This document shows positions 55,041-64,000 of a DNA stretch of 64,000 nt, in pieces. Under the pieces are notes generated by a model. The model saw only the letters and a list, made by a program, of their open reading frames with translations. It was not told the DNA's origin and did no database searches. The position numbers and the translations under genes are program-made. Location: assembly GCF_009914755.1 (NCBI RefSeq), contig NC_060925.1. The stretch is one strand, 5' to 3'. This DNA is from the human T2T-CHM13v2.0 reference genome, Homo sapiens. Each line of letters starts with the position of its first letter. Within the stretch, counting starts at the first letter, position 1.

Positions 55041-58000
55041 GTAAGACTTTTAAAAATCACATTATATATAATAGTATCACCATTTGTATCAGGGCCTAGT
55101 ACATAGTAGGTCCTCAAAAAAATCTGCTATTGAAATAATTAATCTATCGAAATGAACAGGAGGGCTGGGCTAAAGAAAAATTTCAATGTGAAATGCTGGT
55201 CAGAAAAAACAAGAAGAAACGCCCGATGAGCTTTCAAATGTGTAGGAGGGATGATATGATAAGATGCAGATGGAACCAGAAGTCTCTTGCTGGCACTGAC
55301 AGCATTCTGATCATTGTGGGACAGAAAGTCAAGTTGGAACAAAAAAGTTGCAAAGATAGTATAAAAAGTGTCTGCATGTTCTTTTGGAATTACAGAAAGA
55401 CAGCAAGAATTATAGAAATGTTGTAAGCAGTTTTTAAAATCGGCTTTAAACCAATGACAGAGCACAAACACTATGCTGTATCTTGGGAAGTACTTAAATG
55501 TGCTGATACCTGCATGTTGCAGCCAAACATCAGCCAGTTTAATGTTATTAACATTTAGATCTAGAGTGTTGAAAAGGCTCATTTTATTTCCAGAAGTCTT
55601 GTTCAGTGGACCAAGGGAGGCCTAAACGTGTCCATCAAAATTCTTCATGTGCTATTCATCTATCCTTTAATCCTAGTCCAGCTGGGCTGCTCAGAATACT
55701 GACCCTCTGAGCCCTAAACGGGCCTTTTCAGAGAAAATCCCAACACTTGTTTCAGGTCAAGGAACTAGAGAAACCTGACAGGAAAGGGAAATACCATTCC
55801 CCACCCTCACCATTTACCCAAACCTTCACTTGCCATCAATAGACCATATCATCCAGAGGGTTGTGGCTTAGTGATCCACTCACTTTGGAGAGATTAAAAT
55901 AGCTGGATGCATGCTTCAGAAAACATCTACAGACGACGATGATGTGTTTTCACAACAGTTGGCTTTTAAGAGTCCAACTCCTCTGACTTTTCCAACAGAG
56001 CTTACCAGTATCAGAGGGACACAATTGAAGTGTTTCCTTCAGAGCCAGTGTTTCTCTTTGGGGTTTGTGTGAGTTCATCAGAGTCGGAAGCTGAAAGGAG
56101 GGTGGGAAAGGTAAGGAGAGATGAAACAATCTCACTTCTGCTGGCTTGCCAAGGTTTGAAAGGAACTGCCTCCCTGTCATTAGGATGATATGAAAATAAA
56201 ATCTGAAAATCCTAGCTCTTTCTTTATACTAATTTGAGTACAGCTAAAAGTTCTCTGTGTCCAATTTCTGAGCTAGAACAAATATTAAAGGTAATCTAAT
56301 TTATTTCTCCTTGTTTGCCAGATGAGGGAATTGAAGCCAAGACAAGGGAAGGGCCTTGCCCAAAGTCACATGTATTGTCAGTGATGGGAGGGAGACTGGA
56401 ACTCAGTTCTCCCAGAGTCCCACCCAGGAGCCTTTTAAGAAATCATGAAAACTTTACAAGAAGGTACCCCAGATGTCCGAGAGCTCATAAACACCTCAGC
56501 TGCTGACTAAATACAACATTCAGTTAAAAGATGCTCAAGTAATCTTTCCCTGGCAGAAATAGAAAGAAGAAAAAGATTTCCCCAATAGTTTAGTTTTTCC
56601 AGAATCTGTTTTATAACTGTTAGGAGACTAGGGAGGAGAAAGATTTGAGGCAGATTTGTCATGAGAGAACTAGAATATTTTACATTCCTACCATTGATCA
56701 GCATTTTACATGTCTCATTTCTTTATGTAATCTTCATATTATCCTCATTTTACAAATAACATTGTTTTAACTTTGCTCAAATGCACAGAGGGAATAAGAT
56801 ATTATGATTTCTGGAGCTCTTGTTGGTAAGCCCAGGATCAGGCTCTGGAGAGACATGGCTAGTTCAGTGACTGTTCCAGCCTTACTCAGGCCCCTCCCCA
56901 ACACAGACCCTTGCTCTAGCCATTCAGGCTACCTGAGTTGCCTCCAAAATGCCATGCTTTCTAGACTTCTTGCCTGAATACATGCAGTTACCTCTGCTTG
57001 GGATGCCTTTCTCCAACATCCTCATAACTTGTACTTAGCCTTCAAAACTGAGCTCCAGGACCACCTCCCAGAGCCCTTTCCTGCTGCCATGGCCTGTCCC
57101 TTCTCTACTTCAACAGCCCTCTACACACATTCCTATTATAGTATACATCACGCTATGGTGAGCTCTGACTTACTTGCCAACTTTCCTTGTGCTTGACTTC
57201 AAACTCCTTGAAAGCAGACACCACATATTAGTGAGGCTTTGTATTCCCAGCGCCTAGCACAATTCCAGAGATGTATTAGTGCTCAGTAAGTATTTTTTTA
57301 AATGGACGAACAAATGGAATATTTCCCCTCCTTTTCTTCGAATAAAACCATGCAATAAAAAGTCTTGTTTCCATGCTCTTGACTCTTCAGTAACTTGGGG
57401 GTAAGTAGAAGATATCACTACTATAAGCTTCCTCTCCTTTCAAGCCTGACAAGCCACTCAGAAATAGCTATCTAGGGTTAAACTTGGCACTCTGAACAGA
57501 CATTAATTTCTGCATCCTGACAAAATGCTTTGATGACAGTAGAAGAATTTATATGCCATAAGCCACAAGGACAAAAAGACTGGGAACATGGGAACAACAG
57601 AGATAACAACAGTTAAGGAATGTCAACACTCTTGGAAGATGGAAAGTGGATGGATGAGTAATAAGTGACTTAGCAAACCCAAGACTGCTGGAGTCTGAGT
57701 GCTCATGATGGGAAGCCTCAGGAGTTGGAGGAACAGGTGGGGGTAAACATAGCAGAAGACCCTTGGCCTCTACAGCTACTCCAGCTGGAGAAGGAAAGTT
57801 TATTTTCTGGAGAAACTTAACAAAGACACACCAGGCTCTGGGACATCAGACACAGCAGAGGGTGGGGTTAGGCATGGAGCTGGAAATAGCGAGATTAGAG
57901 AAAGACTCCATACTGAAAGATGAGATTCCCCAGCCCATTTTACTGGCTCAGCTCCCAGAACACAAACAGCCTAGCTCTACCCCTCTCCACCCACCCTACC

Positions 58001-58213
58001 CCAGCTTACACTAAGCAGAAGAATTAAGGATTCTTCCCTGTAGAAAGGACTCAACCAAAGAGACAAACACTACAGACATTGATGTGTGGTTCCTCCAATG
58101 AAACCGCCAGGGGCCTTCTGGATTATCCTACAGTGAAGTCCAAAAATTGACAAGCCCTGCCCTCACACACAAAGCTTCCAACAGCCAAGGAAGAGACTAC
58201 AAAGATCACCAGG

Positions 58214-58615
58214 TGATATAGTTTGGATATTTGTCCCCTCCAAGTTGCATGTTGAAATTTAATCCCCAAGGTTGGAAGTGGGGCCTGATGTGAGGTGTTT
58301 GAGTCGTGGGGGTGAATCCCTCATGAATGACTTGGTGCCATGCTCATAGTAATGAGTGAATTCTTACTCTATGAGTTCCTGCAAGAACTGGTTGTTCAAA
58401 GAGCTTGGCCCCTCCCACCCCTCTCTTGCCATGTGATGTCTGCTCCTCTTGGACTTCTGCCATGAGTGGAAGCAGTCTAAGGCCCTCACCAGGTGGAGAT
58501 GTCGGCACCGTGCTTCTTCTGCAGGCTGCAAAACCATAAGCCAAACAGAACCCTTTTCTTTAAAAACTACTCAGCTTCAGGGGTTCCTTTACAGTAACAC
58601 AAACAGACTAAGACA
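58214..58615 (+). mobile_element. MSTB-type MaLR solo LTR
   Basis: TGATATAGTTTGGATATTTGTCCCCTCC...ACAGACTAAGACA. 5-bp TSD CCAGG/CCGGG. Confidence 0.88.
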
Positions 58616-58770
58616 CCGGGCATGGGACAAAAGCCTTAGATACTGGAGACCTCAAGAGAGGAAATCTAGAAAGCCAAAGAAATAATTATCAGTAACGGCC
58701 ACAGCAACATCAATATCCCCCAGAGATAAGGGAAGATATTTCATGAATTATGATCAAGAAGCCAATTTTT

Positions 58771-59087
58771 GGCTGAAAATAAACTTTCCTTCTCCAGCAG
58801 TGTCTCATGCCTATAATCCCAGCAGTTTGGAAGACTGAAGTGGGAGGATCACCTGAACCCAGGAGTTCAAGACCAGCCAGGGCAACATAGAGAGACCCCA
58901 GTCTCTACAAATAAAAAAATTAGCAGAGCGTAGTGGTGCATGCCAAGCTACTTAGGAGGCTGACATGAGAGGATTGCTTGCACATAGGAGGTTGAGGCTG
59001 CAATAAGCTGTGATGGCGCCACTGCGCTCCAGCCTGGGCAACAGAGTGAGACCCTGTCTCAAAAAATAATAATAATAAGATAAAATA
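58771..59087 (+). mobile_element. AluJ with an internal 21-nt insertion near its 5' end
   Basis: J-type right arm (GAGGTTGAGGCTGCA, GAGTGAGACCCTGTCTC). TSD AAGAA(G)CCAATTTTT at 58756-58770 and 59088-59101. Confidence 0.92.
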
Positions 59088-59169
59088 AAGAACCAATTTT
59101 TAAGTATGGAGAAGAAAAAAGAGCTCTTTAAATGAAAGCGCAATTGGACATTTAAAAATTAAAATGAAG

Positions 59170-59475
<306 letters not shown>

Positions 59476-61026
59476 ATTAAACTTAAGCATTGGAAGATAA
59501 AATTGAGGAAATCTCCCAGAAAATAGGATGAAATGGAAAGAGATTAAAAAAATAAGACATAGAAAGATAAGAAACTTAAAAGATCAGCTCAGGAGCTCTA
59601 ATATCTTCTATTAAGAAGTCCAAAAAGAAAGCACAGAGCAAATGAAAGAGAATAAAATACTCAAAAAAATTTCTCTAAAATTTACCAAAATACAAGATTT
59701 GAATTTCCATATTCAGTGGACCCAGTGGGTGCCCAACACAATGAACCACAAAAACAAAACTCATCAAAGAATATTATTGGAAATGTTAGAACCCCAGGAA
59801 TAAAAGGACCCCAAAAGTCCTGGAGAAAGAAAAATAGTTCACAAACCAAGGGTCAGAAATCTGAACAGCAGTTGGACCTCTCAGTGTCAACACTGGAAGC
59901 TAGAAACTGAAAGGCAAGACAGCAACATCTTCCAATTCTCAGAGAAAACTTACCTAGAAATCCTTACCCGGCCAAAAAACAATCAAGGAGAAGGTAATAC
60001 AAGGACAAGCGGATGGGGCTGACCAGAACTGTCACACTGTCCTTTATTTGGCCGGGGTCAGATGGATTAATGCCCTCTTAAAGATGTTAAAAATGTGAAA
60101 CATCACTCCTGCATACAAGGTCTCAAAACATTTCCTTATCATACATGAGGAAGTAAATCAAGAAAGAGAAAAACGGGAGTTCCCATTCCCAAAGGAAAGT
60201 CCCCAGATTCAGGGAACAGGAGGACTAAAGTCTTCAGTAAAATGTCTCCAAGAAAAAAATAAAGGAGCTCATAGATTACTCAATTAATTTGACCTATTTA
60301 TTTGAATTTTATATCTCTTGTCAGAGGGTTTGAAGGACCTGTACAACTAAGAAAGCAAACAAATCAAAATGAAGTGATTATTAACTCCCAGGAATTCAAT
60401 GAAGACTAGAAGAAAAGAAATGCATCATAGTATACTATATTGTTCAGCTGTAAACAATTAATCATAATAATACAAACACTATTGATTTAATTAAAATTGT
60501 GTTATTATAATATTAGGAATCTAGAAAAAAGGGAATGGGTGTTTGTGTGTTGTAAAAACGCAAAATCCCAGTATTCCTTAGCAGGAAATGAATAAGTAAT
60601 TTCCAAAATTGCAAAATCAAATAGCAGTAAAAGCACATCGTTTACAAATGTGGAGTTGGTTTTCAGGGGAAAATAAATTAAGATTTAAAAGCGATTTGCC
60701 TGTCAGTGGGACCAGGGCTGAGAAAGGAAAGAGCAAGGATTGTTGTCACTAGTTGTAAACCTTTTGTACCAGGTGACTTTTTAAGCCCTCCTCATGTATT
60801 ATATTAATAAATGTAAAAACTAGTTTATTTAAAAAAAAAAAAAAAGGAAATGGCTCAGTTATAACACAGCAGTCTCCCAGGGAATACATTCTACCAACCA
60901 GTCAGCATGTTGATGTCTGGAGCCATTAAGTCTCTAACAAGCTAAAGTTAAAAGTATTTACCTAATTACCCAAAGTAGAAGTTCGGACCGGTATGTCTAC
61001 AGGTTACTTTAGAATCACCTGGGGAC

Positions 61027-61509
61027 TGTCAAAGAAAACCAGAGCTAGAGAGCAGTTAAAGTGGTAAAAACAGGTTTTAATCGGGACTATTGCAATGGAG
61101 GAAAAGAGATCTCAGTAAAGAACTGGACTCAATTCCAAATACACCATGGGAAGTGAGTGATAATTTACACTCAAAGAGCAGGATGGTGACTGGTGGATGG
61201 AAAATTACTAAGAGGAAACATCAAGGTTGGGGTAAGGAGGGTTCTGGCTGAAAGGAAACAGGATTATTTCTGAAGACAGGCCAGGGTGGTCAGGCACCCC
61301 CTGGGGGATGATGGCAAATGAAAAAACCAATTAGAGATCAAGGAATCGGGTATTAAAATGGCGGGGGGGGGGGGGGGGGGTGGGGGCTCGGTTCTTGCTA
61401 AATTGACTTAGCAGGATTCTTTGTAAAACTGGATTTTACAAGGAAGTGCCCAGATGGGCCTAGAAGGTTCAGGAGCCTGACTAAAGTTTGGCCAGAAAAA
61501 TCTTTGTCA
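61027..61509 (-). mobile_element. MER31-type ERV1 solo LTR splitting a MER5-like element
   Basis: GGATGGAAAATTACTAAGAGGAAACATC and GGTTCAGGAGCCTGACTAAAGTTTGG...TCTTTGTCA. Flanks GGAC/GGAA. MER5-like halves on both sides. Confidence 0.78.
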
Positions 61510-63677
61510 GGAACTTTGCAAAAAATCCAGATTCCTAGGTCCCACCCTTAATAAGCCAGACTCAACAGGATTTGGTGGGGTCTAAGGATCTGCCCTTAGT
61601 TCCCCCAGATGATTCATGGAGGTTTGGGAATCACTGGACTAGAGTGGAAATCAGGAGTGTGTGTTAGGAGGAGCAAGGGAATCAGTTTACATGTATTTTA
61701 TGTGTGTGTAACTATTTCTGTATATTTAAGTCTCTCTCCCTCCCTCCTTCATTCTCTTTTATTTTCAGTTAACCCATAAATCCCTCTGGACTGCTGACGG
61801 CATTGCCAGAAATTAAGTAGCCATCCGAGCTGTCTCTCCCACTCCTGGGGCTCCCTCTGCTGGCAGAAGCATGTTAAAATTCTTAGCATCCTAAATCTAG
61901 AAATTCTCGTTCAGTTCCCTATTAGGTCAGTTTTTTGAGACTGTTGCCAAACCCTCAAATTTCATGAATCCTCCCATCAGATATAAAATACAAAGTGAAG
62001 CCTGGGAAAACTTTCTTGCCTTAAATTTGTGAATATATAAAGATTAGGAGGGAGCAGGACAAGGCAGAAATGAAAATGAAAGGTATATGCTGTGGTCAAT
62101 ACTGAGGAAGAGGAGACATTTGAGAATTTAAGTTCCCACCTTCTTCTTCCTGGCCCTCCCCCAGGAGATATGAATAGATGGGGAAGCTGCATGTAGCTGC
62201 TTTCCAAAAAATGCAAAGAAGGAAACAAGTTAGACTAAAAAGCTCACTGAATTTGGAAGCAGAAGGCAAGGATTCAATATCCACCCGTCCTCTACTTCCT
62301 CGATTCTCAAAAGAAGTGGTCTCCTTTTCCAGAGCCATGTGCCATATCATCTGGAGTATGACTCCATAAATCATATCCTTCCAGTGATCTTGTTTTTAGA
62401 TTCTACTGGATCTTTCCCACAAACAGAAAGGATGCTCAGCCCAGCACACTGTCTGGCACAAATGCTCAATGCATTTGAGCATTTGAATGAAAGTTTAACT
62501 CATTTCTATCCCCCAAATCAAAACCCTCTTTCGGATCTCCATGCTTCTCAAGTGCCTCAAAATTGTGGACCAGTAAACATTGCATTCCCTCAGGTACTTC
62601 ACTCTTCAACTCACAGCATTTCCACTTTAGCTCCTCTGGAACTCTCAGGCAAAGATCTCCAATGATTCCTTTATGCCAGACCCCCTGTATTCTTGGCACT
62701 TCTCACCTTCCTTGACCTCTCCCATCTCACTGAGACCTGTTCCCTTGGGTTCTGTGCTCTCTGTCCTCCTGCTCCCAGCTCACCGTTGTTCTCCTTTGCT
62801 GGCCCTCCCCTTCCGCCCAACCCTCAAACATGAGTGTAAGATTTCCCTCTTAGCCTTCACTCTGTCCCTGGTGGCTTCATCTACTCCTATGGTTGCAACA
62901 TTAACTTCCATGATTTAATTCTCCCAATTCTATATCTTTAACCTGGACCTTTCTTCTGAGTTCCAAATACCTACCAGACATCTGTATCTGGATGTATAAG
63001 AATCAGTTCATCCATTACACACTCAAAAAATGCTTACTGAGCACCTACCCTGTGCCAAGCACCGTACTAACTCTGGAGATGCAGGGGCAAGCAAGGTGGA
63101 AATGATCTCTGCCTTCCCAGAACTATCTAATGGGAAAGGCAGACAGTGAATGGCTAGGAGTAAAAAGTGATGAGTGCAATGATTAGAGAAATGCCTAGGG
63201 TTCAGAGAGCACTTTTTCTGGTCCCCAGCATTCCCTGAAGGTGTGACTTTGAAGAGCAGTACCTGAATGATAAGGAATTGGGGCAAGGGGAGGTTCCTGG
63301 GGAAGAATTTCAAAAATAATGAAGAACTTGTAAAGCTGTAATAGGTAGTTTGGACTTTATCCTAAAGACAATAAGGAGCCACTGAATCTTCTGAAGCAGA
63401 GAAATGTGCTGATCAGTTGTGGTGTGAAGAACTGGATGGATTAGAGCCCAAGGGGAACTTCACAGTGCTGGGATATTCATGTCTTAAGTTGGATGGTGAG
63501 CCATGAGGCTTTTGTTTCATACTTATGCTTTATACGTTATTCATGTTTTCCTATATTCTTTTGTGAATACCAAATATTTCACAAGCTTGTTTTAAAAATT
63601 AATAGATTGGGGAAGGTGAGGTGGCCAGAGAAATGTGAGGAGGTCACTAAAGCAGAAAACAGTGGTGGCCTGAGTTA

Positions 63678-64000
63678 GGATATGGCCTGGCTCTGTGTCC
63701 CCATCCAAATCTCATCTCAAATTGTAATCCCCAGGTGTTGAGGAGGGAAGGACCTGGTGGGAGGTGACTGGATTATGGGGGTTCCCCCATAATCTCATCT
63801 GTTCTCATGATAGTGAGTGAGTTCTCATGAGATGTGATGGTTTAAAAGTGTTTGGCTGTTCCCCCCTTTGCTCTGTCTCTCTCCTGCCACCATGTAAGAT
63901 GTGCCTTGCTTCCCCTTAGCCTTCCACCATGATTGTAAGTTTCCTGAAGCCTCCCTGGCCATGCAGAACTATGAGTCAATTAAACTTCTTTTTTTATATA
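63678..64000 (+). mobile_element. THE1D/MSTA-type MaLR LTR (runs off the window end)
   Basis: CTGTGTCCCCATCCAAATCTCATCT...CCATGATTGTAAGTTTCCTGA...GAGTCAATTAAAC. Confidence 0.9.

Overview
Eukaryotic (human or closely related primate) genomic DNA, recognisable as the 1q32 LAMB3 - G0S2 - HSD11B1 interval. The left third holds the 5' part of LAMB3 (laminin beta-3) on the minus strand: non-coding exon 1 and coding exons 2-8 (residues 1-274: signal peptide, LN domain, start of the LE repeats), all with GT-AG boundaries read from the sequence. The gene continues past position 1. G0S2 (2 exons, 103-aa CDS, TATA box, CpG island, AATAAA) lies on the plus strand at about 44.2-45.15 kb. A purine-rich non-coding first exon of HSD11B1 (distal promoter) is at about 54.9-55.04 kb; its coding exons lie beyond the window. 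A probable 3' end of the antisense lncRNA HSD11B1-AS1 is near 30.1 kb. The rest is mostly interspersed repeats: 12 Alus, L1/L2/MIR fragments, DNA-transposon relics, MaLR/ERV1 LTRs and a degraded ERV1 LTR+gag provirus. There is no CRISPR array, rRNA or tRNA, and I see no convincing new multi-gene system. Best leads: (1) a perfect 24-nt inverted templated insertion inside an Alu 5' end; (2) inverted Alus flanking LAMB3 exons 4-5, which would give a 189-nt stop-free circle; (3) a -1 frame open across the spliced G0S2 mRNA; (4) a basic uORF plus AATAAA inside HSD11B1 exon 1a; (5) an adjacent ATF4-type CARE and DR1 element upstream of G0S2; (6) an orphan CCAAT/GC-box module at 32.8 kb. Repeat family names are by-eye recognitions and need RepeatMasker/Dfam confirmation.
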